Shown: piece after piece, positions 29,226-37,731 of the stretch | How the letters are laid out: every line of letters starts with the position of its first letter | Position numbering within the stretch: position 1 is the stretch's first letter | Assembly (NCBI GenBank): GCA_046048135.1 | Contig: JBJOGR010000050.1 | Span: 4,180-68,179 of the forward strand | DNA length: 64,000 nt | Direction: 5' to 3' | Source of the DNA: Actinomycetota bacterium | GTDB taxonomy: Bacteria; Actinomycetota; Actinomycetes; S36-B12; UBA5976 | Position numbers and translations under genes: made by a program | Notes under the pieces: model-generated | Database searches by the model: none | Told to the model about the DNA's origin: nothing | What the model saw: only the letters and a program-made list of their open reading frames with translations

Positions 29226-29846
29226 TTACAGGCTAAATACTTTTCCAAATTCTAGACTTTCTGTTTTCTTTGTGACTGATGTTAAAACAGAAGCCCCTTC
29301 GCAAAGTCCTAAAAATCTAATTCCTTGCTCGCGATAGCTATTTGCCCACGAAGGCCAATTTCCAGAAAAGTGAGCAAGGATTATTTGATCTTCCAATAAA
29401 TTCAAACCAGGTCCTAAATCTTGACCACTTGGCATTACGACATTTTTACCAAAGAGCATCGCTCCAGCACTTGAACCCATAAAAACAGAACCATTTTCTA
29501 AAGCGATTCTTAATGCATCTTCTGCTTTGGTATTGATGAAAGTTTTTGTTAATCGACTTGGAGTTCCTCCAGCAAAATATATGCTTTGCGCATTTTTTAA
29601 TTCTTTTAAATTTGACTGATTTAAATCTTCGTGGCTTAAAATATTACTTTTTTTTGTTTCTATTCCTAAACCAGAAAAATAGTTTTTTGCAGTTTCATAT
29701 GCCAAATCTTGAGCAGGATATGGGGCGGTAACTACTATTAATAATTCAGATTTTAAATTTCTTCTTAAACTTAATGCTTTTAAATCAGCCTCTTTATAGT
29801 CATTACTAAATTCATTGCCACCTGAAGCAAGAATCCAACTATTCAT
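29226..29846 (-). CDS. Peptidase S51 family (cyanophycinase / dipeptidase E-like)
   Basis: Contains ILASGG, IYFAGG and the nucleophile motif FMGSSAGAM. ATG 29846 lies 2 nt after the DedA stop and is preferred over 29876. Confidence 0.65.
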   Translation of the reverse strand: MNSWILASGGNEFSNDYKEADLKALSLRRNLKSELLIVVTAPYPAQDLAYETAKNYFSGLGIETKKSNILSHEDLNQSNLKELKNAQSIYFAGGTPSRLTKTFINTKAEDALRIALENGSVFMGSSAGAMLFGKNVVMPSGQDLGPGLNLLEDQIILAHFSGNWPSWANSYREQGIRFLGLCEGASVLTSVTKKTESLEFGKVFSL

Positions 29847-29848
29847 AT

Positions 29849-30478
29849 TTAAGAAGTTTTTCGATCTAGGTACCAAGTTCTGAAACCAGCCACCAGGGAT
29901 CCAATAATGAAAAAAGCTGCAATTGCATATGCAGCTGATCTAACCGCAGGAATCGTTGCTGCATAAAAACCAGTCAAAGTTATACCTACACCCCAACTAA
30001 TTGCTCCTACAAAATTGCTAGAAAGAAATTTGTAGTAATTCATTCGCCCAATGCCTGCAACTGCAGGAATAATGACTCTGGCCCAAGGCATATACCTTGC
30101 AACCACAACGGCCCACCATCCATATTTGTTGTAAAAGTTTTCTGTTTTCTTGATTGCTTTTTGAGTTCTTAATCCGCCACGTTTATCTAAATAAGGTCTT
30201 CCATAATGTCTTCCTAAAACAAATCCCACTTGATCACCCAAAAATGCAGCAATACCTACTCCGGTAACCAAAATTGCAATATTTATGTTGTTTGAACTTG
30301 CTGCCACAATTCCTGCAGCAAAAAGAAGTGAATCACCTGTCACAAATGGCACAAATGCTCCAACAAAAAAACCAGTTCCCACAAAAACTAATCCCCAAAC
30401 GACGACATAAAAAACTAAAGGTCCAAATACATCAAGCCAGTTATTTAATTGGCCATCCAGTGCCGCTTGAGGAATCAA
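29849..30478 (-). CDS. DedA/SNARE-associated family membrane protein
   Basis: Contains FVPFVTGDSLLFAAG, FLGDQVGFVLGRHYG and YMPWARVIIP, which are typical DedA motifs. Confidence 0.85.
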   Translation of the reverse strand: MIPQAALDGQLNNWLDVFGPLVFYVVVWGLVFVGTGFFVGAFVPFVTGDSLLFAAGIVAASSNNINIAILVTGVGIAAFLGDQVGFVLGRHYGRPYLDKRGGLRTQKAIKKTENFYNKYGWWAVVVARYMPWARVIIPAVAGIGRMNYYKFLSSNFVGAISWGVGITLTGFYAATIPAVRSAAYAIAAFFIIGSLVAGFRTWYLDRKTS

Positions 30479-30488
30479 ACTAAGGCTC

Positions 30489-31127
30489 TCAAACTAACTG
30501 CTTTGATTTAGTTAATGTTTGTAGAAAATCAAAAAGATTTCTATTTAATTTATATATGTTGATAACCGTTTTAATAAATAAATTTTTTTGTTCACTTGTC
30601 ACAAGCGATAAATTCAATAAATCTCGGTATCTTTTTTTATAAAATACGATATCGCCTAATTCCTTAAAGTCATAAAAGTTTAAACAAGATTCTGCTATTT
30701 GATAATTTCTAGCCATTAATTTTGCAATAGCTTGACCACCTGATAAATCTCCTAAGTATCTGATGTAGTGATGCGCTAGTAATTCCACTTCACTTAAGTT
30801 TTCATTTAAAGTCTGCAGATAATTTTCAATGCAAGTGTCATTTATGATGGGTATATCAATTCCAATTTCAGTAGAAATATTTGCTATATCTTGTTTAATT
30901 CGTTCATTTCTATCCAACAAGCGATGATCAAAATGACTTATCAGGGATTGTGAATGTCTTTGTATAAAAAGTTGTTCCATTCTTTCGTAAATAGGCGAAA
31001 GGACAACTAAATAGTTTAAATAATCTCGTTTAGTAAGTTTTCCTGACATTAAATCAGTAATAAAACTGCTTGTCTCAGCATCTTTGTGAGCTTTATCTGT
31101 GGCTTTCAACAATTCATCGTGCAACAC
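30489..31127 (-). CDS. Heme oxygenase (HmuO/HemO-like, biliverdin-producing family)
   Basis: LLKATDKAHKDAETSSFITDLMSGKLTKRDYLNYL matches the proximal-helix region of HO family proteins (the His lies in KAHxxAE). GTG 31127 has the strong SD GAGAGGGG 6-7 nt upstream, so it is preferred over ATG 31169. Confidence 0.7.
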   Translation of the reverse strand: MLHDELLKATDKAHKDAETSSFITDLMSGKLTKRDYLNYLVVLSPIYERMEQLFIQRHSQSLISHFDHRLLDRNERIKQDIANISTEIGIDIPIINDTCIENYLQTLNENLSEVELLAHHYIRYLGDLSGGQAIAKLMARNYQIAESCLNFYDFKELGDIVFYKKRYRDLLNLSLVTSEQKNLFIKTVINIYKLNRNLFDFLQTLTKSKQLV

Positions 31128-31168
31128 TCTTGCCCCTCTCTTTTGGAAGAATATCAAGGCAATCCCCA

Positions 31169-31192
31169 TTAGATAACCTTAGGGTTATCTAA
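31169..31192. promoter_or_regulatory. Perfect 10+10 bp inverted repeat (candidate operator) upstream of the heme oxygenase operon
   Basis: TTAGATAACC-ttag-GGTTATCTAA was read directly from the sequence. It lies ~42 nt upstream of the preferred GTG start, in the divergent region shared with the HAD gene. Confidence 0.55.
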
Positions 31193-31265
31193 TTCTAGGG
31201 GATTTGGGGCATAAAGTCCATTTGTAGATTAGTCTTGAATTACTTAAATTGCTTGGAGTCCTTTT

Positions 31266-31886
31266 TTGAAAAAAGCAGTTCTTTTTGATTTAGACGGGAC
31301 TTTGGTTAATTCCAAACCAGCTGTTGAAAGAGCATGGATTCAGCTTGCTCATGAAGCAGAAATCCCATTAGAAAAAATGGTGGGCTTACACGGAATTCCT
31401 GCTGAGCAATCTTTAAGACAACTTCTACCTGATCGAAGTGAAAAAGAAATCATTAAATGGGTAGAAAGAATTGAATATTTAGAATCAAGTGATACGAAAG
31501 GTGTGGTACCAATTGATGGTGCAATTGAGTTATTAAAAAAACTTGATGAACAAAAAATTTCTTGGACAATAGTTACTTCTTGCACTATTCCCTTAGCGCT
31601 TTCTCGAGTAAAAGCTGCAGGCATTCCTTTCCCAGAAAATTCAGTCACTTTTAATGATGTTGAAAAAGGAAAACCATTTCCAGATCCATTTTTATTAGGT
31701 GCTAAAAGATTAAGGATAAATCCAAATAATTGTGTAGTAGTTGAGGATGCTCCTGCAGGAGTATTTGCAGGAAAAGCAGCAGGCTGCACTGTTGCAGCAG
31801 TTTTAACTTCACATGAAAAACATGAATTAGCAATGGCAGATCATCATTTAGAACATTTGAATCAACTTTTACCAATTTTGATTTAG
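31266..31886 (+). CDS. HAD-superfamily hydrolase (beta-phosphoglucomutase/sugar-phosphatase-like)
   Basis: Motif I is LFDLDGTLV, motif II is VTSC, and motif III/IV is KGKPFPDPF...VVEDAPAG. Confidence 0.8.
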   Translation: MKKAVLFDLDGTLVNSKPAVERAWIQLAHEAEIPLEKMVGLHGIPAEQSLRQLLPDRSEKEIIKWVERIEYLESSDTKGVVPIDGAIELLKKLDEQKISWTIVTSCTIPLALSRVKAAGIPFPENSVTFNDVEKGKPFPDPFLLGAKRLRINPNNCVVVEDAPAGVFAGKAAGCTVAAVLTSHEKHELAMADHHLEHLNQLLPILI

Positions 31887-31888
31887 TG

Positions 31889-31960
31889 CGCCCCCGGCGT
31901 GAGTCGAACACGCGCACATGCCTTCGGAGGGCAACGCTCTATCCACTGAGCTACGGGGGC
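31889..31960 (-). tRNA. tRNA-Arg (anticodon CCG)
   Basis: I folded the cloverleaf by hand. The acceptor stem is GCCCCCG/CGGGGGC and the D arm is GCTC-AGTGGATA-GAGC. The anticodon arm TTGCC-CTCCGAA-GGCAT gives anticodon CCG. The T arm is GCGTG-TTCGACT-CACGC and the discriminator is G. CCA is not encoded. Confidence 0.9.
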
Positions 31961-31967
31961 AAATTTA

Positions 31968-31992
31968 AAACCTAAATTATTAATTTAGGTTT
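31968..31992 (-). terminator. AT-rich 12-bp perfect hairpin spanning the DUF3817 stop codon, just upstream of the tRNA
   Basis: AAACCTAAATTA-t-TAATTTAGGTTT. On the minus strand it is followed by TTAAATTT. The stem is weak because it is mostly A/T. Confidence 0.35.
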
Positions 31993-32270
31993 AATACCCG
32001 CCGTCGAATTTTTTTCTCGGCAATAAAACTCATAACAGGAACTGTGCCTGCTAGCAAAACTAGTAATGTTTGTCCCCAAGTTAAATTTGCTTTTCTGGAA
32101 ATATCAAAACCTACAACTAAATAAACCATGTAAACAATTCCGTGCAATTGGGCAAACCAAGGAATCTCAGGTCCAAGTGTGTATTTAAAAATAATTTCTA
32201 TAGTGAACAAAATCAAAATCACACCAGCAAGATAGGCAACAACGCTGTATCGCTTAAGAGCCTTGTCCAT
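31980..32270 (-). CDS. DUF3817-family small integral membrane protein
   Basis: 96 aa with 3 TM helices. LHGIVYMVYLVV and the terminal AGTVPVMSF resemble the DUF3817 pattern common in Actinobacteria. Confidence 0.6.
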   Translation of the reverse strand: MDKALKRYSVVAYLAGVILILFTIEIIFKYTLGPEIPWFAQLHGIVYMVYLVVGFDISRKANLTWGQTLLVLLAGTVPVMSFIAEKKIRRRVLNLN

Positions 32271-32561
32271 TTACTTGGCGCCTTTCTTTAATGGTCCAAT
32301 ACTAACTAAATATTCATCTTTGAAAAATCTATACCAGAACCAAGCAAGGGCAACTGCAAAGAAAATCCATTGGAAAGCATAAAAAGTGCTTTGTAAATTG
32401 ATCACCGTTTCACCAGTTACTTGGTCAATTCTTTCTCTTCTAATCCATTGCCAAACACCAAGTCTTAGACAAAAAAGTATTCCAACGATGGTTGCAATAT
32501 GAAAAAGGATCCATTTTTTCTGTAAAGCGATTTTCCACATATAAATAAGAGTATGGCGCAA
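32271..32561 (-). CDS. Small 2-TM membrane protein with SURF1-like terminal motifs
   Basis: 96 aa. LRLGVWQWIRRE resembles the SURF1 N-terminal LGxWQxxR motif, and FYAFQWIFFAVALAW resembles the SURF1 C-terminal YAxTWF motif. The central domain is missing. The true start may be the internal Met8. Confidence 0.5.
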   Translation of the reverse strand: MRHTLIYMWKIALQKKWILFHIATIVGILFCLRLGVWQWIRRERIDQVTGETVINLQSTFYAFQWIFFAVALAWFWYRFFKDEYLVSIGPLKKGAK

Positions 32562-32597
32562 GCAATTTTTCTTGCAGTACCTGCCTACGATTAGAAC

Positions 32598-34256
32598 ATG
32601 ACTCCAGAAGAGCTGAGTAATTTAATTAAAAGTGCCGTTGAGTCACTAATCTCTGCTCAAAAGATAGACAAAATTGAAATTCCTGAAATAAAGATTGAAA
32701 GACCAAAAAGTAAAGATCATGGAGATTTTGCCAGCAATATCGCTTTAGCGTTAAGCAAACCAGTTGGTAAAAACCCAAGAGAAGTTGCTCAAATTCTTAT
32801 TGACGAATTAAAAAATGAAAAAAGTATTAAAAAAATTGAAATAGCTGGTCCTGGATTTTTAAATTTCACACTAGATTCAGCAAGCCTTGGTGAACTTGCC
32901 AGAGTCATAATTGAAAAAGCAAGTGAATTTGGTAAGACTGATTCTTTAAAAAATCAAACTATAAATGTGGAATTTATTAGCGCTAATCCCACAGGACCAC
33001 TGCATTTAGGCCACACCCGTTGGGCAGCAGTCGGTGATGCTATTGCTCGAGTTTTGGCTGCAAGTGGTGCCAAGGTTGTTCGAGAATTTTATATCAATGA
33101 TCGAGGAATTCAATTAGATAAATTTGGTGAATCGATTTATGCTGCTGGTAATAATTTACCGATTCCAGAAGATGGTTATCACGGAAGTTATGTCAAAGAT
33201 ATTGCCCAAGAAATTATAAAAGAACATCCTGAATATTTAAAACAAAGTAAACATGAACAAATCGTTTCATTTAGAGAAGCAGGTTACAAAAAACAATTAA
33301 AACAACAACAAGATGTTTTAGATAACTTTAGAACTCATTTTGACGTGTGGTACTCAGAAAGATCACTTCATGATTCAAATGCGGTGGAAAAAGGTTTAGA
33401 AAAACTTAAACAACACGGTCATGTATTTGAAAAAGATGGAGCTTTATGGCTTCGAACTACAGATTTCTTTGATGACAAAGATCGTGTCTTGATAAAAGCA
33501 GATGGAGAATACACATATTTTGCTTCTGATACTGCTTATTACGTAGATAAAAGAAATAGGGGATACGACGTCAATATTTATTTATTAGGTGCAGATCATC
33601 ACGGTTATGTAAATCGTTTAAGAGCGGTTGCAGCCTGTGCAGGAGATGATCCAGATAAAAATATTGAAGTATTAATTGGTCAATTAGTAAAAATGTTCAA
33701 AAACGGTCAAGAAGTAAGACTAAGTAAAAGAGCTGGAAACATGATTACTTTAGAAGATTTAGTTGAAGAAGTAGGAGTGGATGCAGCTAGATATTCTCTT
33801 ATTAGATATCCAGTAGATACTCCTCTTACCTTAGATATTGATTTATTAACTTCACACACAAATGACAACCCAGTTTTCTATGTTCAATACGCGCATGCAC
33901 GTATTAGTTCAGTATTAAAAACGGCTAAAGAGAAAAATTTAAATTGGTTAGACAATAAATTCAAACCCGAGGTGTTATCTACAAGTCAAGAAACTGATTT
34001 ATTAACTGCTTTGAGTGAATTTCCACGAATTGTCACAACTGCTGCTCAGCTTCGTCAACCTCACAGAGTTGCAAGATATTTAGAAGAGCTTGCCACGTTT
34101 TATCACTCTTTCTATGCAGCATGTCGAGTTCTTCCACAAGTAGATGAAACACCAACGGATGAAAATTTTGCCCGCTTGATGTTGTGTGATGCCACAAGGC
34201 AAGTTTTAGCAAATGGATTAGATTTATTAGGGGTAAGTTCCCCACAAAGAATGTAA
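32598..34256 (+). CDS. argS: Arginine--tRNA ligase
   Basis: Has the class I HIGH motif (PTGPLHLGH), a KMSK-like RLSKRAG and the C-terminal anticodon-binding domain ending ...SPQRM. Confidence 0.95.
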   Translation: MTPEELSNLIKSAVESLISAQKIDKIEIPEIKIERPKSKDHGDFASNIALALSKPVGKNPREVAQILIDELKNEKSIKKIEIAGPGFLNFTLDSASLGELARVIIEKASEFGKTDSLKNQTINVEFISANPTGPLHLGHTRWAAVGDAIARVLAASGAKVVREFYINDRGIQLDKFGESIYAAGNNLPIPEDGYHGSYVKDIAQEIIKEHPEYLKQSKHEQIVSFREAGYKKQLKQQQDVLDNFRTHFDVWYSERSLHDSNAVEKGLEKLKQHGHVFEKDGALWLRTTDFFDDKDRVLIKADGEYTYFASDTAYYVDKRNRGYDVNIYLLGADHHGYVNRLRAVAACAGDDPDKNIEVLIGQLVKMFKNGQEVRLSKRAGNMITLEDLVEEVGVDAARYSLIRYPVDTPLTLDIDLLTSHTNDNPVFYVQYAHARISSVLKTAKEKNLNWLDNKFKPEVLSTSQETDLLTALSEFPRIVTTAAQLRQPHRVARYLEELATFYHSFYAACRVLPQVDETPTDENFARLMLCDATRQVLANGLDLLGVSSPQRM

Positions 34257-34309
34257 AAAATCGAGAGTCTTTGTTCCCAAATTAGCCAAGGTGGTTTAGG
34301 GTCTAATTT

Positions 34310-35275
34310 ATGACAAAACTTAAAACCCTTTTCGCAAGTGCAATTTCAATTGCTTTAACAGTTTCGCTTGGTGCAACAGCATCAGTGGCAGCTGATGGAG
34401 CAAGTCCACTTTCTGGATTACCAGGTGGAGCAGGAAAACCTGTTGTCATGGTCAAAATTGACAACGTCAGACCTGCAAGACCTCACGTAAATATTTCTAA
34501 AGCGGATTTAGTTTACGTAGAACAAGTTGAAGGTGGCTTAACCAGAATTGCTGCCATGTATAACTCAAACTTTCCAACAAAAGTTGGTCCAGTTAGATCA
34601 GCACGTATTTCTGATTTAGAAATCTTAAAACAATTTGATAAACCAGGATTTGCTTATTCTGGCGCAAACAAAGCTTTGTTGCCAAAAATTGCTAAAGAAC
34701 CTCTAGTTAGATTTGGTCCAAGTTTAAATGGAGCAAGATATTCAAGAGATTCCTCAAAACGTATTCCACATAATCTAATTTTGAATTTATCTGCAACAGT
34801 TAAAGCTGCTAAATCAAAATTAGGAGTTGCAAAAGATATTGGTTTAGTTTTTTCTGAAACAGCACCTGCAGGTGGGAAAAAGACTTCAACTTTTAAAGCT
34901 TCCTGGCCAGCTTCAAGTGTAAGTGGCAAGTGGAATGGAAAAGGTTGGGCAATAGCACTAGATAATTCACCACAAAAAGATAGAGCAACTGGAAAAGCAG
35001 TTGTTGCTCAAACTGTTGTGGTGCAATTAGTAAAGCAAACTGCCTCTGGCCAAGGTGACAAGTTCGGTGGTAAAACTCCATTGATTCAAACTGTTGGTTC
35101 AGGAAAAGCATTTATTTTGCGTGATGGACAACGCTATGACGCTCAATGGTCAAGACCATCTGGAGGCGCTGGCACAACTTTCACCTTAAATGGAGAAGTC
35201 GTTCCATTTGATATCGGACAAGTATGGGTACTACTTGTACCAAATGATTCAAAAGGAAAATACTCGTTTAAATAA
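34310..35275 (+). CDS. DUF3048 (YerB-like) secreted protein
   Basis: Has a signal peptide. VMVKIDNVRPARPH...DLVYVEQVEGGLTRIAAMY matches the DUF3048 N-terminal domain pattern. Confidence 0.6.
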   Translation: MTKLKTLFASAISIALTVSLGATASVAADGASPLSGLPGGAGKPVVMVKIDNVRPARPHVNISKADLVYVEQVEGGLTRIAAMYNSNFPTKVGPVRSARISDLEILKQFDKPGFAYSGANKALLPKIAKEPLVRFGPSLNGARYSRDSSKRIPHNLILNLSATVKAAKSKLGVAKDIGLVFSETAPAGGKKTSTFKASWPASSVSGKWNGKGWAIALDNSPQKDRATGKAVVAQTVVVQLVKQTASGQGDKFGGKTPLIQTVGSGKAFILRDGQRYDAQWSRPSGGAGTTFTLNGEVVPFDIGQVWVLLVPNDSKGKYSFK

Positions 35276-35298
35276 TTAACGAAGTTTCTTACCTTTAT

Positions 35299-35351
35299 GG
35301 GTGGGAAATCTTTGTGTTCAGTTAATCTTGAACATAAGAGATTTTCCACCC
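35299..35351 (+). other. Long imperfect hairpin in the DUF3048-lysA intergenic region
   Basis: GGGTGGGAAATCTTTGTGTTCA-gttaatct-TGAACATAAGAGATTTTCCACCC forms about 20 pairs with one mismatch or bulge and some G.U pairs. It is followed at a distance by CATTTTT. Confidence 0.5.
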
Positions 35352-35372
35352 AAACTCATTTTTAGGATAAAG

Positions 35373-36746
35373 ATGTCAGACTCTAAAGCTGTGGATGTTA
35401 ATGAAATCTCGTCGCATATTTGGCCTAAAAATGCTTTTAGAAATAGTGAGGGAATTTTAGAAGTAGCAGGTCTTGATGTTATTGATCTTGAACAAAAATA
35501 TGAAACTCCACTATTTATTCTAGATGAAGAAGATGCTGTCAATAGAGCTAAAAGATATCTAAAAAGTTTTTCCCAAGAAATTCACAAAGATCTAGCAAAA
35601 CCAACCAAAATCTATTATGCCTCAAAAGCTTTTTCTGCCGTTGGATTTCTAAAACTAATCATTAAAGAAGGTCTTGGAGTAGATGTTGCCACTGAAGGTG
35701 AATTAAGAGTTGCTTTAAAAGCTGGCTGTAATCCAATTGACATAATTTTTCATGGCAATAACAAAGCATTTAGTGAACTTGAATTTGCACTTGATGAAAA
35801 TGTTGGCATCTTCGTAGTTGATTCATATTTAGAAATTGCTCGACTTGCCCAAATTGCAAAGAGTAAAAATAAAAAAGCAAATGTTTTAGTAAGAGTTACT
35901 GCAGGAATTGAAGCCCATACTCATGAATTTGTAGCTACTGCTCATGAAGATCAAAAATTTGGTTTTTCTCTAGCTGCAGGAGATGCTGATGAAGCAGTAA
36001 GAAGAGTCATAAAAGACGAGAACTTACATTTCTTAGGCCTTCATTCTCATATTGGTTCACAAATATTTGATAACAAAGGATTTGAAATTGCAGCACAAAG
36101 GCTTGCTCAATTAGCAGGAAGAATTAATCAAGATCACAATGTTGAAATTGAAATGCTAAACCTTGGTGGTGGAATGGGAATTGCCTATATAAATATTGAC
36201 AAACCTTTAGAAATTGAACACATGGCAAAAGAATTAGTTCAAATTGTTTCAAGTAATTTTTCAAGTAATGGATTAAAAATGCCTCAATTAGCTTTTGAAC
36301 CAGGTAGAGCCATTGTTGGCCCATCGATGATTACTTTGTACAAAGTCGGAACCATAAAAGAAATTGAATTAGAAAATGGTGAAAAAAGAACTTATGTCGC
36401 AGTGGATGGTGGAATGAGTGACAACATTAGAACTGCGTTATATGGCGCAAACTACACAACTGCTTTAGTCTCCAGACTTTCAAAAAAACCAACAATGCTT
36501 TCTCGAATTGTGGGAAAACATTGCGAGAGTGGAGATATTGTTGTTAAAGATTGTTATTTACCAAATGATTTAGCACCGGGAGATTTAATTGCAGTTGCAG
36601 CAACTGGTGCATATAACAGGTCAATGTCATCGCAATACAACTTAGTTTTAAGACCAGCAGTTATTGGAGTTTATAAAGGAGAAGTAAAAGAAATTTTGCG
36701 CAGAGAGACTTTTAAAGATCTTTTTGCAACAGATCCTTTGATGTAA
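35373..36746 (+). CDS. lysA: Diaminopimelate decarboxylase
   Basis: Has the PLP lysine in YASKAF, plus HSHIGSQ, EPGRAIVG and CESGD. ATG 35373 (MSDSKAV...) is preferred because the ORF-track extension from 35301 runs through the hairpin. Confidence 0.9.
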   Translation: MSDSKAVDVNEISSHIWPKNAFRNSEGILEVAGLDVIDLEQKYETPLFILDEEDAVNRAKRYLKSFSQEIHKDLAKPTKIYYASKAFSAVGFLKLIIKEGLGVDVATEGELRVALKAGCNPIDIIFHGNNKAFSELEFALDENVGIFVVDSYLEIARLAQIAKSKNKKANVLVRVTAGIEAHTHEFVATAHEDQKFGFSLAAGDADEAVRRVIKDENLHFLGLHSHIGSQIFDNKGFEIAAQRLAQLAGRINQDHNVEIEMLNLGGGMGIAYINIDKPLEIEHMAKELVQIVSSNFSSNGLKMPQLAFEPGRAIVGPSMITLYKVGTIKEIELENGEKRTYVAVDGGMSDNIRTALYGANYTTALVSRLSKKPTMLSRIVGKHCESGDIVVKDCYLPNDLAPGDLIAVAATGAYNRSMSSQYNLVLRPAVIGVYKGEVKEILRRETFKDLFATDPLM

Positions 36747-37680
36747 ATCTTTCTCCGTTAACTATTAATGCCACTCCAGTTAAAATAATTAATCCTCCAA
36801 CAAAAAGTGGCCATTTTAATGGTTCGCTAAGAATTAAAAATCCTAAAAGCACAGCTACTACAGGATTAACGTATGCATAAGTAGATGCAAGTGATAAAGA
36901 TGCATTGTTAAGAAGCCAGATATATGCTCCATAACCAACAATTGAGCCAATTAAAACCATATAAACCCAAGCCCATTTAGATGTAAGTGTCATTTGAGAA
37001 ACAACTTCTAAATTAACTTTTTCTCCTCGAATAAAACCTGCCATCGTTAACGCAATTCCTCCAAATAACATTTCATAGGAAGTTAAAACAAATGGATCTT
37101 TTGGAATTGGAATTCTTTGAGTCATAAAAGTTCCAAATGCCCAAGCAATATTTCCTATAAGAATCATCAACATCCAGAATTTAACTTTTGAAGGATCTGC
37201 TCCAGGTGCAGGACCAGTTCCTCCTGGAAGAACAATTATTGCCACACCTATTAGGCCAATAAATATTCCTAAGAGAGTAATTTTTTTATGTTTAATTCCA
37301 ACTAAAGATTGAAAAATTGTTACCCAAATAGGAAGTGCGGCAATAATTAAAGCAGCTATACCAGAAGGCACATATCTTTCAGCTAATGTTAAATTTCCAA
37401 TTCCAAAACCAAGCAATAATCCACCTAAAAAAATAGACGAAAGTAATTCTTTTTTATTTACTTTCATTACTCTTTTTGATTTAAAAATTGTAAGAATTAT
37501 TGCCAAAATAAGTCCTGCCGCTAAAAATCTAATTCCCATGGCAGTAAGTGGAGGAGCAGATTCAATAACTAAAGCAATTCCTAAATATGTTGATCCCCAA
37601 ACAATGTAAACAGTAGTAAGGGCAATCCAAACTTTGCTGGTTATTTGCTTAACTTCAGTGGCCACACCACATTGCACCAT
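36712..37680 (-). CDS. EamA/DMT-family transporter
   Basis: 322 aa with 10 TM helices and the IVWGSTY motif typical of EamA repeats. Its 3' end overlaps the lysA 3' end by 35 nt. Confidence 0.75.
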   Translation of the reverse strand: MVQCGVATEVKQITSKVWIALTTVYIVWGSTYLGIALVIESAPPLTAMGIRFLAAGLILAIILTIFKSKRVMKVNKKELLSSIFLGGLLLGFGIGNLTLAERYVPSGIAALIIAALPIWVTIFQSLVGIKHKKITLLGIFIGLIGVAIIVLPGGTGPAPGADPSKVKFWMLMILIGNIAWAFGTFMTQRIPIPKDPFVLTSYEMLFGGIALTMAGFIRGEKVNLEVVSQMTLTSKWAWVYMVLIGSIVGYGAYIWLLNNASLSLASTYAYVNPVVAVLLGFLILSEPLKWPLFVGGLIILTGVALIVNGERFTSKDLLQKDL

Positions 37681-37731
37681 ATAGATAGTGAGAGACTTAG
37701 ATATACCTACTTCTAAAAAGGGACGATATTC

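Noticed and set aside
31889-31960. tRNA-Arg as the anchor of an integrated island, given the accessory-looking HAD, heme oxygenase, DedA and S51 genes on its 3' side.
   Set aside because: I found no integrase or recombinase, no visible direct repeat of the tRNA 3' end elsewhere in the window, and no obvious shift in composition or gene density.
35301-35372. The lysA ORF extended 24 codons upstream (MGNLCVQLILNIRDFPPKLIFRIK).
   Set aside because: The extension is encoded by the two arms of the intergenic hairpin and has no SD. LysA homology starts after ATG 35373.
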